Below, piece after piece: positions 8,457 to 17,078 of a DNA stretch of 32,000 bases. The position numbers were made by a program, and so were the translations under genes. The DNA lies in NCBI RefSeq assembly GCF_001735745.1, contig NZ_CP017260.1, positions 2,280,001 to 2,312,000 of the forward strand, given 5' to 3'. Each line of letters begins with the position of its first letter. The first letter of the stretch is position 1. The notes under the pieces were generated by a model. The model had not been told where the DNA came from. It searched no databases and saw only the letters and a program-made list of their open reading frames with translations. This DNA comes from Formosa sp. Hel1_33_131. Its GTDB lineage: Bacteria > Bacteroidota > Bacteroidia > Flavobacteriales > Flavobacteriaceae.

Positions 8457-8487
8457 AGCCTTACTAGAAATAGTAAGGCTTTTTTTG
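8457..8487 (+). terminator. Rho-independent terminator
   Basis: AGCCTTACTA-GAAA-TAGTAAGGCT hairpin followed by TTTTTTT. Loop and flank are nearly identical to the terminator at 5659-5685. Confidence 0.7.
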
Positions 8488-8524
8488 TTTCTATAGAAAT
8501 TGCACGGATATGCTTAATTTCCAT

Positions 8525-8532
8525 TAAATTTG
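8525..8532 (+). promoter_or_regulatory. Bacteroidota-type -7 box, probably the ancestral trmL promoter
   Basis: TAAATTTG lies 24 nt upstream of the ATG of the trmL 5' fragment at 8556. Confidence 0.4.
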
Positions 8533-8555
8533 TATCTATAAATAATAAAAAACAA

Positions 8556-8663
8556 ATGCCATTTAACATCGTTCTTGTAGAACCAGAAATTCCTAACAAT
8601 ATAGGTCGACTTGGTCTCAGTATTCGTTATGTATTCGATGAAAGTTTGCGCACGTTTTTTTAA
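8556..8663 (+). pseudogene. Decayed duplicate of the 5' end of trmL (35-codon remnant ORF)
   Basis: The first 44 nt match 10282-10325 at 42/44 positions, and both mismatches are synonymous Ile codons. A 9-nt deletion follows, and similarity decays by 8620. The remnant encodes MPFNIVLVEPEIPNNIGRLGLSIRYVFDESLRTFF with a stop at 8661. Confidence 0.75.
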
Positions 8664-8709
8664 TAAAACGACAAATGCGCACGTTTTTTTTAATTAGCGC
8701 ACGTTTTTT
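8648..8709 (+). promoter_or_regulatory. Three direct copies of GCGCACGTTTTTT upstream of the Fic gene (putative operator or activator sites)
   Basis: Copies lie at 8648-8660, 8677-8689 and 8697-8709, with start-to-start spacing of 29 and 20 bp. The array ends 4 nt before a TATATTTG -7 box. Confidence 0.5.
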
Positions 8710-8712
8710 GCT

Positions 8713-8720
8713 TATATTTG
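8713..8720 (+). promoter_or_regulatory. Bacteroidota-type -7 promoter box for the Fic gene
   Basis: TATATTTG lies 17 nt upstream of the TTG start proposed by the ORF track (8737). Confidence 0.35.
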
Positions 8721-8736
8721 AGAAAAATTATAAATC

Positions 8737-10269
8737 TTGGAAATAGTAATACCATCAATCGAAACATCCATATTTCAAGGGAAAACCACTCCAGAAGAAG
8801 GGAAAATAGTGGGTTATGGTGCGATTGTTGAAAACTTAAAGTTACCTATCCCATTTCCAAATGTGTTATCTCTAATTACTAAAAAAAGTAAAAAACATAC
8901 GACTGAAGATTGGAACGTATTTCCGAGATCTTACCAACCAGAAGAAACATTATACAAACAACTCGTGTTCGCTATTAAATATGAAGGCATTAATCTGTTG
9001 GTATTAAAATCGCTATTTAATCTTATATCTAAAGAAAGTATCCAAACACTATTGCATATAGAACCTATGGGGCAATATAGCCGAAAAATATGGTTTTTAT
9101 TTGAATGGCTGCAACAAGAAGAAATTGATGTACAGGTAGATTTAAAAAAGAGAACCTACATTCCTTTAGTAGATTCAAGTATGCAATATGTCTTAAAAGG
9201 AAAAGAATCTGCAAAACATAAAATTATTAATAACCTTCCAGGTACAAGAGATTTTTGTCCATTAATATTTAAAACTAAAAAACTAGAATTTCATATAAAT
9301 GCAAACATCTCTGGTAAGCAAAACGCATTCCTAAATAATATCCATAAAGATGTATTGCAAAGAGCCTCTTCTTTTTTATTGTTGAAAGACTCTAAAGCCT
9401 CTTTTACAATCGAGGGTGAAAACCCTGGTAATAATAGAACGATGCGTTGGGGGAAAGCCATTGGTCAGGCAGGTCAAAAACCATTAAGCATAGAAGAATT
9501 AATCCGATTGCAGCAGATTGTAATAGAAAACACTAGGTTTGTTGATATGGGTCTGAGAGACAGAGGCGGCTTTGTTGGTGAACATGATCGGACTACAGGA
9601 GAACCAATTCCGAACCATATTTCTGCAAAAGCAAACGACCTTGAGCAATTATTAAAAGGATTAATTACAGCCAATGAAGCATTGCAAGACAAAGCCTATG
9701 ATGCAGTTTTAGCAGCAGCAACCATTGCATTTGGTTTTGTGTTTATACATCCTTTTGTTGATGGGAATGGTCGTTTACATCGTTATATAATTCATCATAT
9801 TTTGGCAAAAAAAGAATTAACACAGCAAGGAGTTATTTTCCCTGTATCATCATCAATACTAGATCATATTGGTAATTACAGAGCTGTCTTAGAATCCTTT
9901 TCACACCCTTTACTAGACCATATTGAATGGAAAGAAACAGGAGTTCACAATGTGGAGGTAACCAATAACACGATTGATTTTTATCGCTATTTTGATGCTA
10001 CAAAACAAGCGGAGTTTTTATATGAGTGTGTAGAGGATACTTTAAAAAGAGTCATTCCAGAAGAAGTAGCTTATTTACAAAAATATGACTCATTTAAAAG
10101 ATATCTGGATAACAATTTTGAAATGCCAGATAAGTTGGTTGCTATACTCGTTCGTTTTTTGGAGCAAAATGGAGGCGTATTATCAAAAAGAGCCTCAAAA
10201 AATGAATTTTCAGTATTAACAGATTTAGAGATAAAAGAGATCGAAGGAAATTATAACATCATATTTTAA
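8737..10269 (+). CDS. Fic family protein (AMPylase-type, class II with an N-terminal inhibitory helix)
   Basis: It carries the canonical Fic motif HPFVDGNGRLHRY (HxFx[D/E]GNGRxxR) and an upstream inhibitory motif SFTIEG ([S/T]xxxE[G/N]). The ORF is 510 aa. The start codon is uncertain (TTG at 8737). Confidence 0.85.
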   Translation: MEIVIPSIETSIFQGKTTPEEGKIVGYGAIVENLKLPIPFPNVLSLITKKSKKHTTEDWNVFPRSYQPEETLYKQLVFAIKYEGINLLVLKSLFNLISKESIQTLLHIEPMGQYSRKIWFLFEWLQQEEIDVQVDLKKRTYIPLVDSSMQYVLKGKESAKHKIINNLPGTRDFCPLIFKTKKLEFHINANISGKQNAFLNNIHKDVLQRASSFLLLKDSKASFTIEGENPGNNRTMRWGKAIGQAGQKPLSIEELIRLQQIVIENTRFVDMGLRDRGGFVGEHDRTTGEPIPNHISAKANDLEQLLKGLITANEALQDKAYDAVLAAATIAFGFVFIHPFVDGNGRLHRYIIHHILAKKELTQQGVIFPVSSSILDHIGNYRAVLESFSHPLLDHIEWKETGVHNVEVTNNTIDFYRYFDATKQAEFLYECVEDTLKRVIPEEVAYLQKYDSFKRYLDNNFEMPDKLVAILVRFLEQNGGVLSKRASKNEFSVLTDLEIKEIEGNYNIIF

Positions 10270-10281
10270 TAACAAAAAAAA

Positions 10282-10749
10282 ATGCCATTTAACATTGTTC
10301 TTGTAGAACCAGAAATCCCTAACAACACAGGTAATATAGGTCGGTTGAGCTTAGCCTCAGGCTCTGTATTGCACTTAGTCAAACCGTTTGGATTTGAATT
10401 GAGTGACACACGTCTCAAAAGAGCGGGGCTGGATTATTGGAAACACATTACGGTCAAGATCTACGAGAGCTTGGATGAGTTTTTAGCCATGAATAAAAAT
10501 AAGGAAATGGTCTTTCTGTCGAGTGCTGCAAAGAAGAGTTATGTTTCTATCGACTATAAGGACGAACTTTTTTTTGTGTTTGGAAAAGAGTCCGTTGGTT
10601 TGCCAAAAGAACTGGTCGCAAACAACACAGAAAAACTCTATAAAATCCCCATTCACAGCCCGCATGTGAGAAGTTTGAACTTAGCCAATGCCGTCAGTAT
10701 TGTTGTATTTGAAGGACTAAGATCAATGGCGGTTTCTGAGAACGGCTAA
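10282..10749 (+). CDS. trmL: tRNA (cytidine(34)/5-carboxymethylaminomethyluridine(34)-2'-O)-methyltransferase TrmL (SpoU/TrmH superfamily)
   Basis: A 155 aa ORF colinear with E. coli TrmL/YibK: MPFNIVLVEPEIPNNTGNIGRL ... RLKRAGLDYW ... FGKESVGLP ... RSLNLANAVSIVVFE. Confidence 0.9.
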   Translation: MPFNIVLVEPEIPNNTGNIGRLSLASGSVLHLVKPFGFELSDTRLKRAGLDYWKHITVKIYESLDEFLAMNKNKEMVFLSSAAKKSYVSIDYKDELFFVFGKESVGLPKELVANNTEKLYKIPIHSPHVRSLNLANAVSIVVFEGLRSMAVSENG

Positions 10750-10791
10750 AAAGCGTTGAAGTACACCCTGTACTAGTTGTTATATCTAAAG

Positions 10792-11166
10792 TTACTCTAT
10801 CACTCCTGCCCATGCATTGTGAGATTCTCCGAGAGTTATATTCAATGTGCCATTAAAAATAGAAGCAGCTTCCCTTTTGATTTCCTTTTGAATGTAAGTT
10901 GCTAGGTGTTCTGTAGTGCTCAACTGATTTTTAAACTGTGGTAGTTCATCAAGATTTTGATAGTTGAGTTCACTTAAAACCTCTTTAGTAATGCGGTGTG
11001 CTTCTCCCATATCAATTACGACATTAAACTCATTGAGTTCATCACTTATAAAAGTGACATCTACAGTAAATGTAGCACCGTGCATGTTCTGTGCAGGTCC
11101 AAAAAAAGGATTTGGCAACGAATGTGCAATCATGATACTCTCTCTAATTTTTACAAAATAGTTCAT
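10792..11166 (-). CDS. 6-pyruvoyl-tetrahydropterin synthase / QueD-fold (COG0720-like) protein with a degenerate active site
   Basis: A 124 aa ORF. It has ...IAHSL...GPAQNMHGATFTVDVTF where QueD/PTPS proteins carry ...H.L...Cx3HGH. The Cys and the last His are both Ala here. Confidence 0.6.
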   Translation of the reverse strand: MNYFVKIRESIMIAHSLPNPFFGPAQNMHGATFTVDVTFISDELNEFNVVIDMGEAHRITKEVLSELNYQNLDELPQFKNQLSTTEHLATYIQKEIKREAASIFNGTLNITLGESHNAWAGVIE

Positions 11167-11184
11167 AGTGTTTTTTGTTTATTT

Positions 11185-12129
11185 TTAATAGTTGATAATG
11201 TTAATAATAGTGTCTTGGAATTGTCCTTGTCTTAATGCATTAAAAAAGTCTGGACTTTTTATAAATGGAATTTCGTTGGTGATTAATTTTTTATAAGTAC
11301 TGCTGTGATTTTGTAGGATTTCAATCGCTTTAGTTTTTCTGGATTTATAAGTTTCCGTATCTCTTTTTTGAATTGGTATTTCAGAAACTTGAACTGATTT
11401 TATATGCAATCTTTTGGTGTGAAATCTTCCCCCTAGATTTAATTGTACGCTGCGATTTCCATACCAGCTAAGCTCCAAAATAGTGCCTTCTTCACAACTG
11501 TTGTCGATGCAAAATTGCAATGCTTTTTCATTGGCAGTTGTGTTGTAACATATAGAGAATTCTTCAGGATAATTGTCCGTCTTAAAACCGAGTTTTTTGG
11601 CGATATCTAATTTACGAGGATTGCTTTCTTTTACATAGACATCCAAGTTGTATTCTTTAGCCAATGTGACGGCCAGCAAACTTCCAATACTTCCAAAACC
11701 ACACACCAAAATTTTACTAATTTCTGTTGGTTTTCCATCCCAAACCGCATTGATCACAGTCTCCATATTTGCAATTTGAGAGGCAACTTTCAGATCCATC
11801 CCTGTGGGGATAGGGGTCAGACTGTCCTCAGAAATAAGGCAATAATCTTGGTGGGGATGCATAAGGTGGTAAAAGCGTTTTTCGATTTCAAGGATCATCG
11901 AATACCCATATTGAATGGGGAAATTGAAATCTCCTTTTTGGTAAGGGACTTTCATAGTTTCTTGAAGTTCTTTAGGAATGTTCCCCGTAGCAACCAAACG
12001 CTCGGTGCCTGTGCTGATGTTAGAACAAACCGCCATACCCAACAGCAAACTTGATTCCGTTGGTATCGCCTCGTCTCTCAAAATAGATTCTTGTGAAGAA
12101 AGATGCCATAAACTTTTAGACTGTACCAT
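11185..12129 (-). CDS. Medium-chain dehydrogenase/reductase (zinc-type alcohol dehydrogenase-like) family protein
   Basis: A 314 aa ORF with a Rossmann GxGxxG (ILVCGFGSIGSLLA) in an MDR-like layout. Its ATG overlaps the upstream stop (TAATG). Confidence 0.7.
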   Translation of the reverse strand: MVQSKSLWHLSSQESILRDEAIPTESSLLLGMAVCSNISTGTERLVATGNIPKELQETMKVPYQKGDFNFPIQYGYSMILEIEKRFYHLMHPHQDYCLISEDSLTPIPTGMDLKVASQIANMETVINAVWDGKPTEISKILVCGFGSIGSLLAVTLAKEYNLDVYVKESNPRKLDIAKKLGFKTDNYPEEFSICYNTTANEKALQFCIDNSCEEGTILELSWYGNRSVQLNLGGRFHTKRLHIKSVQVSEIPIQKRDTETYKSRKTKAIEILQNHSSTYKKLITNEIPFIKSPDFFNALRQGQFQDTIINIINY

Positions 12130-13022
12130 TAGAATTTTGGGTTTAAGTAAGAACGCATCATAATGGCATTTCCAAACGGATAATATTCTGGGTTATTCAA
12201 CTGAATTGCTTCTGATACTTCTTTTATTTCATCGAATTCGATCGCATTAATTCCAGAGCCAAAAAGGAGTGGAGCGATGTGGAATTCCATCATGCTAATC
12301 AGATTATTTTTTAAAAAATGTTTGATGGTTTCCTTTCCGCCTTCCAGCAAAATTGAACGAATTCCTTGGGTTTTTAAGGCCATTAGTATTTCGCTTGGGT
12401 TCAAAACTCCGTTGTTTTTTTCAACAGAAATATAGGTTACCTTCGGATCTTTTAATTTGTCATTCTTGGGTCCGATGCATATAATTTTAGAGTTATTATT
12501 GGTACACAAGGAATCGTAATTGTTTTCCTCTGAAGTAATGACTATTTTCACGGAGTCTTTTCCCTCCACATGCCGAACATTGAGTTTTGGCTTATCATTT
12601 CTCAGCGTATTTCCACCAATCATCACACCATCTACAAGCGCTCTAATGCGATGGGAATGAATTCTGTTCTCCATGTTACCTATCCATTTGGAATGACCAG
12701 AATTGGTAGCGATTTTCCCATCTAAGCTTTGTGCCACATGCAAATAAACAACTGGTAATTTATTTCCTAAAGGGATCCATATAAATGGCAGATACAATTG
12801 CAATGCTTTTAAAAGATTTTGATCGACCTCAGGATTTGATTTTATTGAATAAGTATTCTTATTGTTGACAATTAAAACTGCGTCTTTTTCGACTGTAGAA
12901 GTTATTTCAGAAATAGAAACAACATCATTTTTTATCTTAAGCCCCTGGTTGATCAACCTTAGAGTAGGGAATAATTCTTTTATTTTTAAAATTGCTCGCC
13001 AATGTTCTTTTTTAATATTCAT
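12129..13022 (-). CDS. RibD C-terminal (reductase) domain / dihydrofolate-reductase-like family protein with a novel N-terminal extension
   Basis: The block VYLHVAQSLDGKIATNSGHSKWIGNMENRIHSHRIRALVDGVMIGGNTLRNDKPKLNVR is typical of RibD-type pyrimidine reductase domains. There is no deaminase domain; about 85 aa of unassigned sequence precede it. Confidence 0.7.
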   Translation of the reverse strand: MNIKKEHWRAILKIKELFPTLRLINQGLKIKNDVVSISEITSTVEKDAVLIVNNKNTYSIKSNPEVDQNLLKALQLYLPFIWIPLGNKLPVVYLHVAQSLDGKIATNSGHSKWIGNMENRIHSHRIRALVDGVMIGGNTLRNDKPKLNVRHVEGKDSVKIVITSEENNYDSLCTNNNSKIICIGPKNDKLKDPKVTYISVEKNNGVLNPSEILMALKTQGIRSILLEGGKETIKHFLKNNLISMMEFHIAPLLFGSGINAIEFDEIKEVSEAIQLNNPEYYPFGNAIMMRSYLNPKF

Positions 13023-14419
13023 CTGCGTAGGTATTTTTTTAGTTCGTTTAAATGATTTTTTAAAACAATAATTACTACAAAAAGTAACAATACTATGGAA
13101 TAGATTTGAAGGTATTCATGTTTTTTTATGAGTAAAGTGAAACTTAGAAATAAACTAACAAATCCCAAGGTTCGTAAGGTATTTAAATTTAAAATTGTTT
13201 TAGTAATACCGTTAACAATTTTGTAATAAATAATAAGGTTAATACTATTGGAAATGAGTGCAGTGTATAGAATTCCATTAATTCCATAAGAAGGAATCAA
13301 TGCATATAATAACACGATAATGATTAGAACTTTAAAGAAATAGACTTGGTTTAATAATTTTGTTTTTTTCTGTTGAACTAATACCATTGAAAAATAACGA
13401 TTGAGAATATAGGGCACTAATGAAATGCTAAGCAGAGGCAAAAACGAATAAATATTTTGATAGTGTTGTGGTTGGAGGATCTCACTAATATTTACCCCAA
13501 TAAAAAATAATACACAACTAATTACCGCAGCAAAGTCTAGATAAAATTGGGTGAGTGTTGAAATTTCTAAAGTATTATTTTTGTTTGGTTTTACAAGAAA
13601 AGAATAGAGGAAAGGTCTAATCGCGTTATCTAATATATTAAGAGATAAAACTAAAATAGCTGAGAGACTTAGAAGTACACCAAATTCTGCAACAGTTGTA
13701 AGCGGTTTATATTTTTCAAGTATGAATTTGTCAATATTTCCCTCAATAATCAAAAGGATCAGAAAGGGGACAAAAGCTATAGAAAACTTTAAACTTTTTA
13801 TAAGAGAATCATTTTTGAAATTGAAAAGTTTACATTTTTTTTGGTGTAATAAAATATATAAAAACAAAACAAGTTGCACTGCAATTGTTCCATACAAATA
13901 ACCCAGAATGCCTTCAGAAAAAATAACAATTAAAAAAAATTGGAGAAAAGCTTGACCCAAAACCGTAGTACTAATTATTTTAGAATACAAATTTGCATTC
14001 TTTTGATTTTGGATATAAATTATATATAAATTATTGATCCCGCTCAAAAGTGTTTGAATTAAAAAAAGAATCCCATAAGGGTAAAAATTTATAGCGTTAA
14101 CAAAACTAATTTCAAAAATGAAGTTTCCAGCGATCAAAAAAAACACAATCCAAAGTAAACCAAGAGAAATATTAAAACTAAAGAGCTGTGAAAAAAGATT
14201 TTCCTTTTCTTTTTTTTCACTGTACTCAAAATAAAGCGTACGCATTGCCATATCCGTTTTTAAGAAGGAAAAGGAATTGAAAATTGCGAAGAATGCGATT
14301 AATAAAGTCAGTACTCCATATTCCTCAACAGGGATATAATTGAGGTAAATGGGTAATAGAATAAAACCAAGGCAAGGTTGGAGAAAACTAATCAAGGTAA
14401 ATTTCAAAAAGGAAATCAT
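13019..14419 (-). CDS. Oligosaccharide/polysaccharide flippase (Wzx-like, MOP superfamily)
   Basis: A 466 aa ORF that is hydrophobic throughout, with about 12 or more predicted TM segments. It overlaps its neighbour by 4 nt. Confidence 0.7.
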   Translation of the reverse strand: MISFLKFTLISFLQPCLGFILLPIYLNYIPVEEYGVLTLLIAFFAIFNSFSFLKTDMAMRTLYFEYSEKKEKENLFSQLFSFNISLGLLWIVFFLIAGNFIFEISFVNAINFYPYGILFLIQTLLSGINNLYIIYIQNQKNANLYSKIISTTVLGQAFLQFFLIVIFSEGILGYLYGTIAVQLVLFLYILLHQKKCKLFNFKNDSLIKSLKFSIAFVPFLILLIIEGNIDKFILEKYKPLTTVAEFGVLLSLSAILVLSLNILDNAIRPFLYSFLVKPNKNNTLEISTLTQFYLDFAAVISCVLFFIGVNISEILQPQHYQNIYSFLPLLSISLVPYILNRYFSMVLVQQKKTKLLNQVYFFKVLIIIVLLYALIPSYGINGILYTALISNSINLIIYYKIVNGITKTILNLNTLRTLGFVSLFLSFTLLIKKHEYLQIYSIVLLLFVVIIVLKNHLNELKKYLRR

Positions 14420-14424
14420 AGGCT

Positions 14425-16095
14425 TTATGGAATTATACCGTCTGGTAATATTTTAAAATTTTCATGACCAACGCCGTAACTTTCTAATAATTTTTTCGTA
14501 AAAAGCGTGTAAAATCCTTCGTGTTTAATTGTCTTTTCAATAGTGTGTAAATCCAGATGGTTGTGAAACCCTTCTTTATGAAAAGAGCTAATAAAATTTT
14601 CATTCTTTGAAATTATGTATAAGGGCGTATTTTTCCCCATTTCTTTTGTGGTTATTTTAGGAGGTTGATGATCTCCAAACAGCACAAATATTGTGTTTTC
14701 ATCGGCTTTGTCTGCTATAAATTTAGTGAGGTAATCATATTGATATTTGGCAGCTTTCAGGTATTTATCTTCACTAAAAGTTTTATCATTTTTGGTAGTT
14801 TTAAAATCCAAAGTATTGTAATCTTTCCAGTTTTTCTGAGATTTTAATGGCGAATGCCATTGAGCGTGAGAATTCAGGCTCGAAAAAAACATAAAATAAG
14901 GAGCGCTATTTTTTATTTTGTTGTAGGCATAATTCAACGTATATTCATCAGGTATCGCTTTGAGAGTCATGAATTTTAGTAATTTCCCTGTATAATTAAG
15001 TTGGTCATGGTTAATGAAATTATCTGTTGCAAATATTTTAGACAATGTTTTCCAATCTATTTTATCGCGTTTTGAATTAACAATAGAATTTAAGCAATAG
15101 TTTTTATAATTATTACTTTTTAAGAAAGAAGGAAGGGATTGAAGATTGTCGTTTTTAGGATCCTTGAAAATTGTTTCATATTCTAATTCATTTTCGATTT
15201 TTAAACCACAAAGAAAGCTGGAAAAAGCCATCCAAGACCCTCCAGAATATATGGGAGATTCAGTATATGACGCCGCTGTTTTAAAATCATTAAGCAACAG
15301 CCTGTCATTAAACACCTTTAACAAAGGAGATATTTTATCGTATAAATCTTTCTTTTTGAATAAAATTTGCCCTAAAGACTCTACAGAAATAACAATGATG
15401 TTTGGTTTTTTCAATAAAGAGATGTTTTCTACACGATTTTGTTTTATAAAATCTTTTTTTACTTTAAACTTATTTTGTTTTATTGAATAAATACAACTTT
15501 TCACCAATGTTATAGTTGGCGATATCACTGTTCTCATTATATAATCTCCTATGGGGCGTTCATTTATTTTGTACAGCCCTGAAATGCATATATAGAAATA
15601 TAAAACAAGCAGTGAGGGTTCATGGAACTCTTGACGAATTAGTATTGAAATAAGAAATTCAAAACAAAAATAAAGGACTAAAATTACAAGGAATGAAACG
15701 GGAATTACTAAATACCGTAATCTGCCCAAAAAAATCAAACCCGACTTCCCCAGTATTAAATCGTTTAGTATTGAAATATCACGTTCAAAAAAAATCGTTA
15801 TTAATTGAGAATAAACAAAAGTGATTGTTCCTAATACACAGAATACAGTACAAATACTTATCAGAAATTCATTGTTTTTAAAGTATATCAATAAAATAAA
15901 AATAATGGCAAAATCGAAATTGATTCTAAAAAAATCTGAAGAATTTTTCCATAATAATATTCTCAATCTGTTTTTTAAACTCGTTTTAGAAAATAGATAT
16001 GAAGGCAACAGCTCTGGTTGATTTTTAAAATTTAAGATATATGCAGGCAAGAAGCATAAAAAATTAATACCTATAAAAAGTAGAATTCCTGTCAT
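14425..16095 (-). CDS. LTA-synthase-like sulfatase / phosphoglycerol-transferase family membrane protein (alkaline phosphatase superfamily)
   Basis: It has an N-terminal multi-TM region followed by an extracytoplasmic domain with PNIIVISVESLG and FGDHQP motifs, characteristic of LtaS/MdoB-type sulfatase-fold transferases. Confidence 0.7.
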   Translation of the reverse strand: MTGILLFIGINFLCFLPAYILNFKNQPELLPSYLFSKTSLKNRLRILLWKNSSDFFRINFDFAIIFILLIYFKNNEFLISICTVFCVLGTITFVYSQLITIFFERDISILNDLILGKSGLIFLGRLRYLVIPVSFLVILVLYFCFEFLISILIRQEFHEPSLLVLYFYICISGLYKINERPIGDYIMRTVISPTITLVKSCIYSIKQNKFKVKKDFIKQNRVENISLLKKPNIIVISVESLGQILFKKKDLYDKISPLLKVFNDRLLLNDFKTAASYTESPIYSGGSWMAFSSFLCGLKIENELEYETIFKDPKNDNLQSLPSFLKSNNYKNYCLNSIVNSKRDKIDWKTLSKIFATDNFINHDQLNYTGKLLKFMTLKAIPDEYTLNYAYNKIKNSAPYFMFFSSLNSHAQWHSPLKSQKNWKDYNTLDFKTTKNDKTFSEDKYLKAAKYQYDYLTKFIADKADENTIFVLFGDHQPPKITTKEMGKNTPLYIISKNENFISSFHKEGFHNHLDLHTIEKTIKHEGFYTLFTKKLLESYGVGHENFKILPDGIIP

Positions 16096-16424
16096 TTTGT
16101 AAATGGGATGAGTTTATACACCGTTTCTAATGTGTTTAAAAGTGTTTTGATTATCAGACCTCTCTAATGAACCAATACAACTTATACATTCTGGTAATTG
16201 TTTAATATTTGATAAGCCTCCTTTGGTCTTAGATATAAGTTACCTCTTTGTGAATAGGTTTTATCAAACCAGTTTTTAATTTTTTCTTGTTGCATTGAGA
16301 CAATCATTGAAATCGTTTTTTAATAATTTAGAAAGTACTTCCCCTATTCTCTGTAATTTATTTGTAAATTCACTCCCAAATATATCAATTTTTAAATCAA
16401 ATTTTGTGCCAACATTCTCCCTAA

Positions 16425-17078
16425 ATGAATTATAGTTCTACCTTTCTATGTTTTATGTATGCACTCACTGTTTTTGTGACTGTTTTCTTAAGTGTTTTTC
16501 TTAATGAGATAAGTTTTTTGGTATTCATTCCTCTCGTCTGCTTTCCAGTTTTTTGTTACAAGACCAAAGGTCCAAGTTTCCAATTAGTTCCCAATTGGAT
16601 CACCTTAATAAAATTAGTATTAACAATCGTTTTAATTTTTTTATTCCCTCAAGTAGAGGCGGCTTTAATTTCAATACTTTGTTTTACAATTATTGGAATC
16701 GATGTTCTGGACGGATTCATAGCTCGAAAGCTGCAGCAGACTTCTGAATTTGGAGCCATTTTTGATGCAGAGTCAGATGCTTTATATGTACTCGTTTGCT
16801 CGGTTGGAGTCTGTCTTTTTTATGAAATGCCATTTTGGGTTTTATTTATGGGGTTGATCCGCTACCTTTATGAAATCCCTGTATTTTTTCTAAAGAAAAA
16901 AGAAACAAAACCCAAAGAAGGAAGGAGTATTTATGTGATTTTAGCCGGCATTGTATTTATCCTCATTGCCATTTCTTTTGTTTTAGGAACCTATCAACTC
17001 CATGCATTGGCAGCGGCAAATGTTATTTTAGCATATTCATTCTCTAGAGGATTTTACGAAGATTTTATAAAAATATGA
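16425..17078 (+). CDS. CDP-alcohol phosphatidyltransferase family protein
   Basis: It has a perfect family signature Dx2DGx2ARx8Gx3Dx3D in DVLDGFIARKLQQTSEFGAIFDAESD and multiple TM segments. Confidence 0.85.
   Translation: MNYSSTFLCFMYALTVFVTVFLSVFLNEISFLVFIPLVCFPVFCYKTKGPSFQLVPNWITLIKLVLTIVLIFLFPQVEAALISILCFTIIGIDVLDGFIARKLQQTSEFGAIFDAESDALYVLVCSVGVCLFYEMPFWVLFMGLIRYLYEIPVFFLKKKETKPKEGRSIYVILAGIVFILIAISFVLGTYQLHALAAANVILAYSFSRGFYEDFIKI

Noticed and set aside
8417-8599. A 60 aa minus-strand ORF
   Set aside because: It spans a terminator hairpin, a promoter box and the trmL 5' fragment on the opposite strand, so it is an artefact.
8648-8709. Possible miniature CRISPR array (three direct repeats)
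   Set aside because: The repeats are only 13 bp, with unequal short gaps between them (16 and 7 bp), and no cas genes are nearby. The array fits regulatory sites better.
10760-10774. The AGTACA-CCC-TGTACT hairpin between convergent trmL and the PTPS-like gene, as a bidirectional terminator
   Set aside because: The stem is only 6 bp and there is no U-tract on either strand, so it is too weak to call.
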